DNA from: Thermomicrobiales bacterium
GTDB taxonomy: Bacteria; Chloroflexota; Chloroflexia; Thermomicrobiales; UBA6265
Direction: 5' to 3'
DNA: 64,000 bases
Assembly (NCBI GenBank): GCA_036558305.1
Contig: DATBFX010000008.1
Location: 7,113 to 71,112, forward strand
The notes under the pieces were generated by a model. It worked only from the letters and a program-made list of their open reading frames with translations. It was not told where the DNA came from and did not search any database. Both the position numbers and the translations under genes were made by a program. Positions 44,364 through 54,491 of the stretch are shown one piece after another. Within the stretch, counting starts at the first letter, position 1. Each line of letters opens with the position of its first letter.

Positions 44364-45620
44364 ATGCATCGTGCGCGTTCGTTGGCGCCGGCCGTGGTGG
44401 CGCTGGTAGTAGTCTGGTCGTCGTTGCCGGGTGTGGCGACCACCAGGGCGGTGCCGGCACGCCAAGACGAGATACCGCTCGATTTAGCGGCGCTCGCCAT
44501 CTATCCCCAGGACATGGGCACGGACGGTTACGTCCTGATCGATGGCCAGGCCTGCCTGACCGCGACGGCCTGCGCCAATCCGGTCTTCTTCGGTGCGGAG
44601 ACGAAGGACTCGCTCACGGCGCAAGGTCTGAACCGCGCCTATGCCCTCGCGCTTGGGCAGTTCGGGTCGGGCGAGAACCCGTCGGTAGTGCGCACGATGG
44701 CGTCGACGATCGCCGAATACAAGAACCCCGGCGGGGCGGGGCAGGGCTTGAAGACCTTTCTTTCCTGGCTGGCCGACCCGGCTTCGGAAGTGCCGGTATC
44801 AGACGACATCGGCAGCGGCGCCCAGATGTTCGACATCCACGGCCCGCTGCCCGGTGACCCGAATGCGACGGGTGTGGTGGGACTGCGTTTTCGCGTCGGT
44901 TCGATCGTGGCCGGGATCGAGATTCGCGATTACACCGGCAAGGCGCCCTCCCACGCCTCGGTCGAAAAGTTGGCGAAGAAGGTAGAGTCGCGGATCAAGG
45001 CGGAGCAGGACGAACCCGAGTTGGGGGCGCTCGTCGTTCACCACCGCTCCTTCGGGCACGACTACTATGTCCATCGGTCCGGCGTCACGGTTCGCACCTA
45101 TCAACAGAGCGACGATGAGTTCGCGTCGGATAGCGCGGAGTTTCGCGATGCCGCGGTTCAGGACGTGTTTTTGAGCCGTCAGACCCTGGCCACCGGTCGA
45201 GACGGAAAGTCGATCGACGTCCTGCTCGCCGTGACACTCTATCGCCTATCGAGCGCAACCCAGGCGTCGGCCTATTTGAACAACGTTTCGACCGCGTTCG
45301 CGGAGGAGCGGGAGAGGATCGGCGCACCGACCCAAGAACCGGAAGACCCGCCGTCCGTCGGCGACGAATCGGTCTGGTTCCTGAACGTCTACACCGACGC
45401 TTACCAGGCGATGGGGTTCGTTCGCTCAGGCAACATCGTTGCCCGGATCATTTGGCAACGCTCCCACGAAGCGAAAGCGAGTGAGGTGGAGAAACTACTC
45501 ACGTCCGCCGAGCGGGAGCTGCTGCCCGGCGCCGCGTATTCCGCGCAATCACAGGTCGATTGCATCGAGAATCGTGGCTGTCCGGGTCTGACCAAACTTT
45601 CGTCGCGACTCTTGCCGTGA
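44364..45620 (+). CDS. Hypothetical secreted protein, paralog of 50373-51623
   Basis: ATG at 44364 lies 8 nt after GGGAGGAG, with a signal-peptide-like N-terminus. Shared blocks with the paralog are listed in the findings. Confidence 0.6.
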   Translation: MHRARSLAPAVVALVVVWSSLPGVATTRAVPARQDEIPLDLAALAIYPQDMGTDGYVLIDGQACLTATACANPVFFGAETKDSLTAQGLNRAYALALGQFGSGENPSVVRTMASTIAEYKNPGGAGQGLKTFLSWLADPASEVPVSDDIGSGAQMFDIHGPLPGDPNATGVVGLRFRVGSIVAGIEIRDYTGKAPSHASVEKLAKKVESRIKAEQDEPELGALVVHHRSFGHDYYVHRSGVTVRTYQQSDDEFASDSAEFRDAAVQDVFLSRQTLATGRDGKSIDVLLAVTLYRLSSATQASAYLNNVSTAFAEERERIGAPTQEPEDPPSVGDESVWFLNVYTDAYQAMGFVRSGNIVARIIWQRSHEAKASEVEKLLTSAERELLPGAAYSAQSQVDCIENRGCPGLTKLSSRLLP

Positions 45621-45645
45621 GCGTGGCCGGGAAGGGGAGAGAAGG

Positions 45646-46596
45646 ATGAGTGCCGGGCGATTTGAGCTGCCGATCGACTCCGGTGTGGTCGCCCGCTACG
45701 TCGGGATCGCGACCTTCATGCGGGCGCCGCGCATCGATGACCTGGCGCGGGTCGACGTCGGCCTGATCGGCGTCCCGTTCGATCTCGGTCTGGCCTATCG
45801 ACCTGGCGCCCGCCACGGTCCGGCCGCGGTTCGCGAAGCGTCGCGCCTGATCAGGCGGATCAACCCGACGACCGGCGTTTTCCCGTTCGAGTTGTGCCAG
45901 GTTGCCGACGTCGGCGACGTGGTGACGCACCCGCTGGACCTCCTGGCCGGTATCGACGCCATTGCGGCCCACACCCGCACTCTGCGCGAGCACGACGTGC
46001 GTCCGGTGGCGATGGGCGGCGACCATGCGATCACGCTGCCGATCCTGCGGGGGCTGTTCGACGGCACGCCGTTCGGGCTCGTCCAGATCGACTCCCACGC
46101 CGATACGCTCGACGAGTTCTACGGGACGAAGATCAACCACGCCACGTCGTTCCGGCGGGCGACCGAGGAGGGATTGATCGATCCGCGGCGCGTCGTCCAG
46201 GTCGGCTTGCGGGGGACCCAGTGGAGCCGCAACGACATCGCGTTCTCACTCGACGCCGGGATGCGGTGCATCGCCTACGACGAGTACGAGGCGATCGGCC
46301 GCGCCAACGTGATCGCGGAGATCAAGCGCGTCGTCGGCGACGGGCCGACCTACGTCAGTTTCGACGTCGACGGACTCGACCCGGTCTACGCGCCGGGGAC
46401 AGCGGTGCCGGAACCGGGCGGACTTTCGATGCGCGACGCGCAGATGATCCTGCGCGCTCTGACCGGACTCGACATCGTCGGCGGCGACGTGGTGGAGGTG
46501 TCACCGCCGCTCGATCCCACCGGCATCACCGCCATCCACGCCGCCAACCTGATGTTCGAGATTCTGTGCCTGGTCGCCACGGCAAAGGCGGGGTGA
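45646..46596 (+). CDS. speB: Agmatinase / ureohydrolase family protein
   Basis: GGDHAITLPILR, DSHADT and SFDVDGLDP are the arginase-family Mn-binding motifs. Confidence 0.8.
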   Translation: MSAGRFELPIDSGVVARYVGIATFMRAPRIDDLARVDVGLIGVPFDLGLAYRPGARHGPAAVREASRLIRRINPTTGVFPFELCQVADVGDVVTHPLDLLAGIDAIAAHTRTLREHDVRPVAMGGDHAITLPILRGLFDGTPFGLVQIDSHADTLDEFYGTKINHATSFRRATEEGLIDPRRVVQVGLRGTQWSRNDIAFSLDAGMRCIAYDEYEAIGRANVIAEIKRVVGDGPTYVSFDVDGLDPVYAPGTAVPEPGGLSMRDAQMILRALTGLDIVGGDVVEVSPPLDPTGITAIHAANLMFEILCLVATAKAG

Positions 46597-46612
46597 TCGC
46601 CCCTCGAACCGA

Positions 46613-46695
46613 GAGAGATCCTTCGCTGGCGCTCAGGATGTTCGGTTGGGTACACCCCTCTCCATGAACACCCTGAGCGCAGCGAAGGACCTCTC
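46613..46695. repeat. Imperfect palindromic intergenic element (GAGAGATCCTTCGCTGGCGCTCAGG ... CCTGAGCGCAGCGAAGGACCTCTC)
   Basis: Arms of about 24 bp with 2 indel/mismatch positions, and a loop of about 34 nt. Confidence 0.7.
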
Positions 46696-46909
46696 TTCGT
46701 ATCTGAAGTTTGCGCGTCGATTGTCGTTCCGGCCATGACCTCCACAACGCCAGCCGGTATGGGCATGGTCCCGCGCGCACCGATCGCGCGGTTACCAATC
46801 GCCTGTCCCGCCGGCGAACTGCCCCCCAGAAGGCTTTACGTTCACGCGAACCGGTGTGCTATAGTACGGATGGTCGCCCCGTACGTACACCTACCGAGAG
46901 GGAGTAAGC

Positions 46910-47698
46910 ATGAGCGCGACGCTGGCACCGCCGACCCTGAAGACCGGCCGTTTCGTCTGGCGCGACCTGCAGACGAGCGACCCGGAGCGGGCGAAGGCTT
47001 TCTACACCGAGCTCTTTGGTTGGACCGTCAAACCGATGGGGATGGGCGACTTCACGTACGACATGCTGGCGAACGGCGGCAAGGAATTCGGCGGCATCGT
47101 CCCGCTCGATCCGGCGAGCGGCGCGCCGTCGCACTGGGTCTCCTACGTCCACGTGCCGAGCGTCGACGAGTCGGTCGACGCGGCCGGCCGGTTGGGCGGT
47201 ACGGTCTATCTGTCGCCGACCGACATTCCGGGTGTCGGGCGTTTCGCGATCGTCGCCGATCCGCAGGGGGCCGTCGTCTCGCCGTTTACGTCCGCCGACG
47301 AGTCGGACGATTGGCCGACGGAGATGTCGATGCCGCCGGTGGGCGACGTGACGTGGAACGAGCTCATCACCGCCGACGTCGAAGGCGCCAAGCGTTTCTA
47401 CGGCGACGTCATCGGTTGGCAATTCGAAGCCTCTGACATGCCGGGTCCGGTGCAGTACCACATCCTCAAGCAGGGCGATCGGTGGTACGGTGGCTTGATG
47501 CAAAAACCCGACGAGGTGCCCGTTTCCCTCTGGGTGATCTACTATCACGTCGCCGACCTCGACCAGACCCTGACCGAAATCGCTCGCCTCGGCGGTCAAC
47601 CTGCCGGCGAGGTCATCGAGGTCCCGAACATCGGCCGTGTCAGTTGGGCGACCGATCCCACGGGCGCCCTCTTCGCGCTGCACGAGGCGCCGAAGTAG
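46910..47698 (+). CDS. Two-domain VOC (glyoxalase/bleomycin-resistance/dioxygenase) family protein
   Basis: RBS GAGAGGGAG. The VOC module is duplicated (FVWRDLQTSDPERAKAFYTELFGW and TWNELITADVEGAKRFYGDVIGW). Confidence 0.8.
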   Translation: MSATLAPPTLKTGRFVWRDLQTSDPERAKAFYTELFGWTVKPMGMGDFTYDMLANGGKEFGGIVPLDPASGAPSHWVSYVHVPSVDESVDAAGRLGGTVYLSPTDIPGVGRFAIVADPQGAVVSPFTSADESDDWPTEMSMPPVGDVTWNELITADVEGAKRFYGDVIGWQFEASDMPGPVQYHILKQGDRWYGGLMQKPDEVPVSLWVIYYHVADLDQTLTEIARLGGQPAGEVIEVPNIGRVSWATDPTGALFALHEAPK

Positions 47699-48033
47699 GG
47701 AACGGCCGGCCGCGACGATCGGGTGCGTTCGTCGCGACGTGATCCAGATCGCTCCCGATTTCGTGTTACTGGTGACGAACCGACGCGGGTCGGTCGTCGC
47801 CCCCTCCTCCACGCCGGACCGGTCGTTCAGCCCGACCGGTCCGTGCCCCCCTTCCGCCTGCCGGCATGGAAGGTGGACGCTGGACCGCGGGGCACCGCTT
47901 AGGCCCCTCGTGTCCCGCCGCTTGCAGATTCTTCGACCGAGAAGACGGTCGTAGGGGCGGCCCGCCTCGCCGGTCGATGAGGGCTGTGTCCGCGCATCGA
48001 AGGAATTGCTTGTCTGGGCGGCCGGCGTCTGAC

Positions 48034-49710
48034 CTAGACCAAGCCGAGCACCTTCCGCTGGTTGGGCATGACCCCGACCGGTACCTCGATCAGGGTCGGT
48101 TCGTCGGCTTTGATCGCCTCGCGCAGTTGCAGGCGCAGCTCGGCCGGGGTCTCGGCCCGGCGATCGGCGACGCCGAAGGCCTTGGCAAGCAACCCATAGT
48201 CGGGGTTGAGCAGGTCCGAGGCGATGATGCGGCCGTCGTACTCCTGATCCTGGATGCGGCGGACGTTGCCGTAGGCGTTGTCGTTGAAGACGACGGCGAT
48301 CAGGCGGATGTCGTGCTGAACGAGCGTCGAAAGCTCGTTGAGGGTGAAGCCGAACCCGCCGTCGCCGTTGATGGAGACGACCGGGACGTCGGGTTTGCCG
48401 ACCTTGGCGCCCATCGCGGTCGTGAATCCGTAGCCGAGGGTGCCCTGGTAGCCGGAAGTCAGGAAGGTATTCGGCAGGTACACGGGCATGCCGAGGAACG
48501 ACCAGTAACCGACCTGGGTCGATTCGTTGACGATGATCCCTTCATCCGGGACTTCCACCCGGATCGCCAGCCCGAAGTCGGCCTGCGGGTGTACCGAGTT
48601 GATCCGCTCCTCGGCCGCCTGCTTGAACGCCGTTAACTCGTGCTCGCGCGACGGCCGGCGGCGGTTGTACCGACCCACTCGGTCGGCGAGCGCGGCCAGG
48701 CCGGCTTTGGCGTCGGCCTCGATCCCGACCGCGACGGGATGATTTCGGCCGATCTCCGCCGGGTCGATGTCGAGTTGGATCAGGGTCTGGTGCGAACCGA
48801 TTTTCCGCGTCGAACCGAGGATGTCGGTGAAGCGGGAACCGACGATCAGGACGACGTCGGCGCCCGGCAGATACTCGATCTCGGCGAACGTGCCGTGTGC
48901 CAGGTAATGGCGGTCGGAGATGGCGCCCTTGCCGTTGCGCGAGACGATGACCGGCGCTTGCAGCGCCTCCGCGAGCGCAAGCAGTTCCTCACCGGCGTCG
49001 GCCCGCTGGATGCCGCCCCCCGCGAAGATCAACGGGTTTGTCGCTTCGCCGAGGAGGTGGGCGGCGCGGTCGATCCGATCGGGGTCGCCGGCGAAGCGTT
49101 CGCGCGGACCGGCAGCCGGCGGCAGCACAACGTCCGCCTCGGCGAAGAGGGTGTCCGGCGGGATCTCGACCTCGACCGGTCGCGAGCGACCGGTGCGGAG
49201 CTGGCAGAATGCCTCGCGGACCGTGGTTGGAATGTCTCCCGGTGTCGTCGCCCGCGCCGCGTGCTTCGTGACGGAGCGGATCATCCCGATCTGGTTCGGG
49301 ATCTCGTGCAGCACCCCCGTGTCGCGGTCGATCAGGTCGGACCGGATCTGACCCGTCAGGCAGAGGACCGGCGAGTTGCACGAGTACGCCGTGGCGAGCC
49401 CCGCCGCCGCGTTGAGCAATCCGGGACCGGGGACGATGCAGCAAACGCCCTCACGTCCAGTGACCCGCGCGTAACCGTCGGCCATGTAGGCGGTCGCCTG
49501 TTCGTGGCGAGTATGGACGACGCGGATTGCGTCGCGCGCGTCGTAGAGCGCGTGAAAGAAGCCGTCGAGTTGGATACCCGGTAGACCGAAGATGGTGTCG
49601 ACACCGTGCTGCTTGAGGCTCTCGACCAGTGCTTGCCCCCCGGTTGACCGATGGGATTCGCCGGTTGGGGTGCCGACTGCTGTCTGGGTCAGGGCTGCGG
49701 TTTCAACCAC
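48034..49710 (-). CDS. Thiamine-diphosphate-dependent enzyme (acetolactate synthase large-subunit-like)
   Basis: 558 aa with the TPP-binding motif GDGGFGFTLNELSTL...NDNAYG and an N-terminal Pyr domain. Confidence 0.85.
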   Translation of the reverse strand: MVETAALTQTAVGTPTGESHRSTGGQALVESLKQHGVDTIFGLPGIQLDGFFHALYDARDAIRVVHTRHEQATAYMADGYARVTGREGVCCIVPGPGLLNAAAGLATAYSCNSPVLCLTGQIRSDLIDRDTGVLHEIPNQIGMIRSVTKHAARATTPGDIPTTVREAFCQLRTGRSRPVEVEIPPDTLFAEADVVLPPAAGPRERFAGDPDRIDRAAHLLGEATNPLIFAGGGIQRADAGEELLALAEALQAPVIVSRNGKGAISDRHYLAHGTFAEIEYLPGADVVLIVGSRFTDILGSTRKIGSHQTLIQLDIDPAEIGRNHPVAVGIEADAKAGLAALADRVGRYNRRRPSREHELTAFKQAAEERINSVHPQADFGLAIRVEVPDEGIIVNESTQVGYWSFLGMPVYLPNTFLTSGYQGTLGYGFTTAMGAKVGKPDVPVVSINGDGGFGFTLNELSTLVQHDIRLIAVVFNDNAYGNVRRIQDQEYDGRIIASDLLNPDYGLLAKAFGVADRRAETPAELRLQLREAIKADEPTLIEVPVGVMPNQRKVLGLV

Positions 49711-49844
49711 GCGTCTTGTCCCTTCGATTGAACCGTCTGGAGGCGGCCATTGCCGCCGGCGTCTATTGTAGAGGCGCGTGGCGTTGGGGTAGAGTGGAAA
49801 GCAGGTTGCGTTCGGGAAGTCTTACAACGGGGAGCATCATCGAG

Positions 49845-50264
49845 ATGGCGATTGACCTTTCTTCCGACTTCGGCGGCCGCGTCGCCAATCGGTTGCGCGA
49901 CGAACAGATCGTCTGGCTGACGACGACGAGTGCGGATGGGATGCCACAACCGAATCCGGTCTGGTTCCTGTGGAACGGCGAGCAGGTACTGATCTTTTCC
50001 CAACCGAACCAGGCCAAGCTGCGCAACATTCGGCGCACCCCGCGCGTCTCGTTGAACTTCAACAGCAGCGACCAGGGCGGAGACATCGCCGTCATCACCG
50101 GCAGCGCCGTCTTCGATCCCGGCGGGCCGACCGACGCCGAACGGTCCGACTACCAGGTGAAGTACGCCGAGGGGATCAAATCGATCGGGCTGACGCCGGA
50201 GTCGATGTTGCAGACCTATTCGGAGTTGATTCGGGTGACGCCGGAGAAACTGCGCGGCTTCTGA
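49845..50264 (+). CDS. PPOX-class (pyridoxamine 5'-phosphate oxidase-like) probable F420-dependent enzyme
   Basis: ATG at 49845. 139 aa. VWLTTTSADGMPQPNPVWF...RRTPRVSL is typical of the split-barrel family. Confidence 0.7.
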   Translation: MAIDLSSDFGGRVANRLRDEQIVWLTTTSADGMPQPNPVWFLWNGEQVLIFSQPNQAKLRNIRRTPRVSLNFNSSDQGGDIAVITGSAVFDPGGPTDAERSDYQVKYAEGIKSIGLTPESMLQTYSELIRVTPEKLRGF

Positions 50265-50372
50265 GCCCGCCCGGCGACGACCGGCGTCTGGCGCGGTCCG
50301 TGCACCCCGGTGCATGCTTGCGCGAGCGAACACCGAGTAGACGCACGGAGACAACTGGAAAGGACGCGCCGG

Positions 50373-51623
50373 ATGCTCAGCCGTCTTCGTCTCATCGCCT
50401 GCCTCATCGTCGCGTTATCCGCGGTGATGCCGGCCGCGCTCGGCGCGAGCGCCCAGTCCGCCTCACCCGTCGCGTCGCCCGCCGCGGGCGTGGCCCCGCT
50501 GGACGTCGCGGCGATGGCGCTGACACCGGACGACCTGGCCGACAACGGGTTCGCCGATTTCCTGGTGGCGGACGGACGCACGCAGACCCTCGATGACCGC
50601 GTCGCCGAGCAGGCGGCCGGTGGCGGCGACCCCGCGCAGATCCGGACATTGCTGACGGGTCTCGGTTGGATTCGCGGCTACCGGAGCCGGCTCGCCCACC
50701 CGATCGCGGCGGGGAACGAGGACTTCGATGCGTTGGTGTCGAGCGGCATCGTCCAGTTCGCCGATCCCGACGGGTCCGAAGCCGGCTGGGGCTTGATCTC
50801 GCAATTGGACACCGGGGCCGGCGAGGGCACGCCAACGGCCAGCCCGCGGACGCTCGGCGACCGCTCGCGGTTGATCGACCTGGGCGCCGTCTCGCTCGAC
50901 GACGGCAAGATGCACGCGGGTTTCCGGCTCGTCTTTCAACGCGGCGCGCTCGTCGGCGATCTGATCGTCTTCGCCGCTCCCGATCAGACCTTGACCGTCT
51001 CGGACGTGCAGGGACTCGGCGAGCGGCAATTGGAGCGGATGGAGCGGGTACTCGCCGACGGTGGGCCGGGGCTGAGTGTGACGGTCCTCCGTTGGCGGGG
51101 GTCCAGTTTCGACGATCCCGACGTCGACAACTACCTCAAACTCGACGGCAAGCTGTTCATGGGTCTGGGCGACACGGACCAGGACACCGCCATCGCGACC
51201 GAGACCTACCGCGACGCGACCGACTGGTACCGCTACGAGGCGGCGCTGTCCGACTCGACGTTTCAATACACGAGCGTGACAAGGTTCCCATCTGCCTCGC
51301 TGGCCGGAGAATGGGTCCGAACGGCCTTCGACCGTACCGACAAAAACCGACCGACCGATTCGACACTGGAGCAGGTGTCCGACGTGCCGTCCTTCGGCGA
51401 CGAATCGGTCGTCTTGAGGGTGACGACGCCGGTCGAAGGCGGCGAAGCCAGCGGGTATGCCGTCTTCGTCGGCATCGGCGACGAAGCGTTCAGTCTGGCG
51501 ATCATCTCGCTGAACGGCCTGGACGTCGCCGACATCACGGCGATGGCCGCCGCGCAAGTCGGCTGTTTCGAGGCCGGGAATTGTGCGGAGGCGGCACCGC
51601 TGCCGGCCTGGGTGAACGCGTAA
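50373..51623 (+). CDS. Hypothetical secreted protein, paralog of 44364-45620
   Basis: Signal-peptide-like MLSRLRLIACLIVALSAVMPAALGASA. Alternative start at 50310. Confidence 0.6.
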   Translation: MLSRLRLIACLIVALSAVMPAALGASAQSASPVASPAAGVAPLDVAAMALTPDDLADNGFADFLVADGRTQTLDDRVAEQAAGGGDPAQIRTLLTGLGWIRGYRSRLAHPIAAGNEDFDALVSSGIVQFADPDGSEAGWGLISQLDTGAGEGTPTASPRTLGDRSRLIDLGAVSLDDGKMHAGFRLVFQRGALVGDLIVFAAPDQTLTVSDVQGLGERQLERMERVLADGGPGLSVTVLRWRGSSFDDPDVDNYLKLDGKLFMGLGDTDQDTAIATETYRDATDWYRYEAALSDSTFQYTSVTRFPSASLAGEWVRTAFDRTDKNRPTDSTLEQVSDVPSFGDESVVLRVTTPVEGGEASGYAVFVGIGDEAFSLAIISLNGLDVADITAMAAAQVGCFEAGNCAEAAPLPAWVNA

Positions 51624-51649
51624 CCGCCGATCGAAAGAGGGGCCTGTCG

Positions 51650-51946
51650 ATGTTGTTCATGGTCGTCGAGCGCTTCGCACCCGGTCGGGCGACGGAGATC
51701 TACCGCGTCGCGCGTGAGCGGGGCCGGATGCTGCCGGACGGGCTCGTCTACGTCGATTCCTGGGTCTCGGCGGCGCTCGACGTCTGCTTCCAACTCATGG
51801 AATGCGAGGATCCGGTCCAGTTTCAAGAGTGGGTCGCGCGCTGGGGCGACCTGGCGGAGATCGAGATCGTGCCGGTATCGCCGTCGTCGGAGACATCGGC
51901 CCTGATGGCGCGACTGGCGAGCAATGCCCCTGCGACGACGGACTGA
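51650..51946 (+). CDS. DUF3303-like small protein
   Basis: ATG at 51650. 98 aa (MLFMVVERFAPGRATEIYRVARERGRMLPDGLVYVDSWV...). Confidence 0.5.
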   Translation: MLFMVVERFAPGRATEIYRVARERGRMLPDGLVYVDSWVSAALDVCFQLMECEDPVQFQEWVARWGDLAEIEIVPVSPSSETSALMARLASNAPATTD

Positions 51947-51978
51947 CCGCTCGCTGAGGTCGGCCCGGTGACGAGTTC

Positions 51979-54108
51979 CTAGGCGGCGAGGGACTGAACG
52001 GTGAGCGGCACGCGAATCGTGAACGCGGCGCCGCCGGAGGGAGACGCGCCGACCGCGATCGTGCCGCCGTGGGCGGCGATCAGTTCGTGGCAGATGTAGA
52101 GTCCGAGACCCAGGCCGGAAACCTGGCTTGTCGCCGCGCTTCGCGTCCGGTAGAACGCGGCGAAGACGCGCTGCCGGTCGTCCGCCGGTATACCCGGACC
52201 ATCGTCCGCAACCGTCAGGATGGCTTCCCCGGTTCGGGCATCGATCCCGATCGAGACGGAGATCGTGCCGCCCCGTGGACTGTATTTGATGGCGTTGCCG
52301 ACGAGGTTGTCGACGACCTGCTGGAGTCGGTCCGCATCCCAATCGCCGACGACCGCCGCGAGATCCGGTTGGAGGCGAATGAGGTGGTCGGTGGAGGCGG
52401 CGCGCACCTGCACCACGTCGCGGGCGACCGCGACGAGATCGGTGGGGGCGCGGCGGATGTCGAGCGAGCCGGCGCGGAGACGAGACACGTCGAGGAGATC
52501 GTCGACGAGGCGCGTCAACCGATCGACGTGCCCCGCCAATGACTGCAGCCGCCGTACGTGCTTGTCGTGCCCGCCCTCGCGGTCCAGTTCCTTGGCCACC
52601 AGTTGGACGAACCCGCGGATCGGCGTCAGCGGCGATCGCAACTCGTGGGAGACGACCGAGACGAATTCGTCCTTCATCCGGCTGGCCTGCTTGAGCGCGC
52701 CGATGTCCCGGAAAACCGCGACGACGGCGACGATCGTGCCGTCGGGTTCGCGCACCGGCGCGGCGCTTGCCAGGACCGGCACGTCCGTACCGTCGGGATG
52801 CCGGGCCACGAGCTCGACGCCGACCGCGACTTCGCCGGAGGTCAGGGCGGTCGCGATCGGCGATTCGTCCGGCGGACAGGCTTCCCCGGAGGGGCGGTAC
52901 ATCCGCCGGCCCAAGTCCGGGTCGCCGAGCGGTCCGAACAGGGAGACGGCCGCATCGTTGGCGGCGACGATCTTGCCGTCCGGGGCCGCGGCCAGGACCA
53001 CCGCCTCCGGAAGCGCGGCGATGACCAGTTCGAGCCGGCGCTGCTCCTCCTGGGCCCGTTTGAGGAGGGTCTCGCGGGCGTCGACCACCGTCGCCGTCTC
53101 GACGATGGCCGCGACCTGGCGTGCCAGCGCCTTGAGTTTGGCGACGTCGGTGGCCGTGAAGCGATGCGGCACCAGCAGACCGATCATGACCACGCCGAGG
53201 AGTTTGTCGTCCGAGCCCAGGATCGGCGCGCCGAGGAGCGCCCGGATGTTGCTTTCTCGCAATCGTTCGACCTCGAACCGCGGATCGGCGAGCACGTCGT
53301 CGACGACAACCGGCCGGCGGGCGACGGCGACGAGATCGCCCAACCGGTCGACGATCGAGGGAGCCGGCGGGCGGCCTTGCCCATCCGCCCCGAATCCGTA
53401 GCTGGCGACAAGTTGCAGATCGGGGGGGATGCCGGCGGAGACGAGGAGTGCGCCGGCGTGCGCGCGATGGATACCGACGAGGGCGCGGACGACCCCCTCG
53501 AAAAGCTGGCGACGACCGGCCTCGTCGCCCGGTTCTTGCGAGGCGGCGACCGTCTCCAAGGAAGCGAGTGCGGTTGCCGCGGAGCGCGCCGCCAGGGCCG
53601 CCCGCCGGTCTTCGACGCTCTGACGCTTGATGCGCTCGATGAGCCAGATCAGGACTGCCCCGCTCGCCAGGGTGGCGCCGAACCCGATCGCCTCTGCCGC
53701 GTCGCGGGGTGCGTCGACGTGCGTCCGATCGCCGACGAAGAGGAGGTCGAGCGCGATCGAGGCGAGAACGAGCGCCGTAACCCCGCCCACCCAGTCCGCC
53801 AGGAACGACGAGAACGCCACGGCCAGCAGGAGCACGACCCCCGGCGTCGTCACCGGCAGGGTCGGTGCGAGCAATCCCATCACCAGCGCCGGCACGAGGA
53901 CGGAGGAGATGCCGACGACCATCCGCCACGGCTGATCGGCCACGAAGGATGCCGACAGGCGCCACCGCCATCGCGGGCGAGCCGCGTAGAGGCGAGCGAG
54001 GTCGAATTGTCCCCGTAGCCGGTCGAGAGCAGCCAGCGGATGGAAGGCCCGGGCGCGGGCGTAGCGTCCGGCCGTCGGGCGGAATATCGCGGCCACGCGA
54101 TCCTCCAT
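51979..54108 (-). CDS. Orphan sensor histidine kinase (membrane DUF4118-like N-terminus, GAF, PAS, HisKA, HATPase_c)
   Basis: H-box VVSHELRSPLTPI, N-box VVDNLVGNAIKYSP and G-boxes DDGPGI and GLGLGL. The start is uncertain (ATG 54108 or TTG 54201). No adjacent response regulator. Confidence 0.8.
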   Translation of the reverse strand: MEDRVAAIFRPTAGRYARARAFHPLAALDRLRGQFDLARLYAARPRWRWRLSASFVADQPWRMVVGISSVLVPALVMGLLAPTLPVTTPGVVLLLAVAFSSFLADWVGGVTALVLASIALDLLFVGDRTHVDAPRDAAEAIGFGATLASGAVLIWLIERIKRQSVEDRRAALAARSAATALASLETVAASQEPGDEAGRRQLFEGVVRALVGIHRAHAGALLVSAGIPPDLQLVASYGFGADGQGRPPAPSIVDRLGDLVAVARRPVVVDDVLADPRFEVERLRESNIRALLGAPILGSDDKLLGVVMIGLLVPHRFTATDVAKLKALARQVAAIVETATVVDARETLLKRAQEEQRRLELVIAALPEAVVLAAAPDGKIVAANDAAVSLFGPLGDPDLGRRMYRPSGEACPPDESPIATALTSGEVAVGVELVARHPDGTDVPVLASAAPVREPDGTIVAVVAVFRDIGALKQASRMKDEFVSVVSHELRSPLTPIRGFVQLVAKELDREGGHDKHVRRLQSLAGHVDRLTRLVDDLLDVSRLRAGSLDIRRAPTDLVAVARDVVQVRAASTDHLIRLQPDLAAVVGDWDADRLQQVVDNLVGNAIKYSPRGGTISVSIGIDARTGEAILTVADDGPGIPADDRQRVFAAFYRTRSAATSQVSGLGLGLYICHELIAAHGGTIAVGASPSGGAAFTIRVPLTVQSLAA

Positions 54109-54330
54109 GCGGAGCGCGGCGTTGGCGGACACCGAAACGCGGTCGGCGGAGCCGGTCGGCGGGGAGACTGGACAACGCCGGAACGATATACGTACACCCA
54201 AAGCGTTGTCAAGGAGTCACCGCATCGGGCGGCGGTCGCGTTCAATCAGCAAATAAGAACCGATGAACTCTCGGATGATAGGAATCCGGGTTAATACCGT
54301 TGCCCGTATTGTCTTCTGAACTCGCCATAA

Positions 54331-54456
54331 CCACCCCATCGTCATTCCGAGCCTGTCGAGGAATCTCCCGGAGCGAAGCGGAGGCGTCATCAAGGTGGCG
54401 CGCTGCCGCTGGCGGAAAGAGATTCCTCGGCTTCGCTCGGAATGACGATAGGGTGG
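54331..54456. repeat. 126-bp palindromic element (CCACCC.ATCGTCATTCCGAGC...GAGGAATCTC arms)
   Basis: Left arm 54331-54367 and right arm 54419-54456 are reverse complements except for a short central patch. A half-copy lies at 10307-10357. Confidence 0.75.
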
Positions 54457-54491
54457 TCGGAGGCGTCGGCCGCGGACGTGAACAGTCCTGG

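Noticed and set aside
51263-54175. 970-aa minus-strand ORF, plus other very long Arg/Pro-rich ORFs (e.g. 7752-9608, 41278-44142, 54762-56681, 30089-31933, 22396-24084)
   Set aside because: All lie in alternative frames or antisense to CDSs with clear family motifs. Their translations are dominated by R/P/G/A runs with no motifs. Such spurious ORFs are expected in a GC-rich genome.
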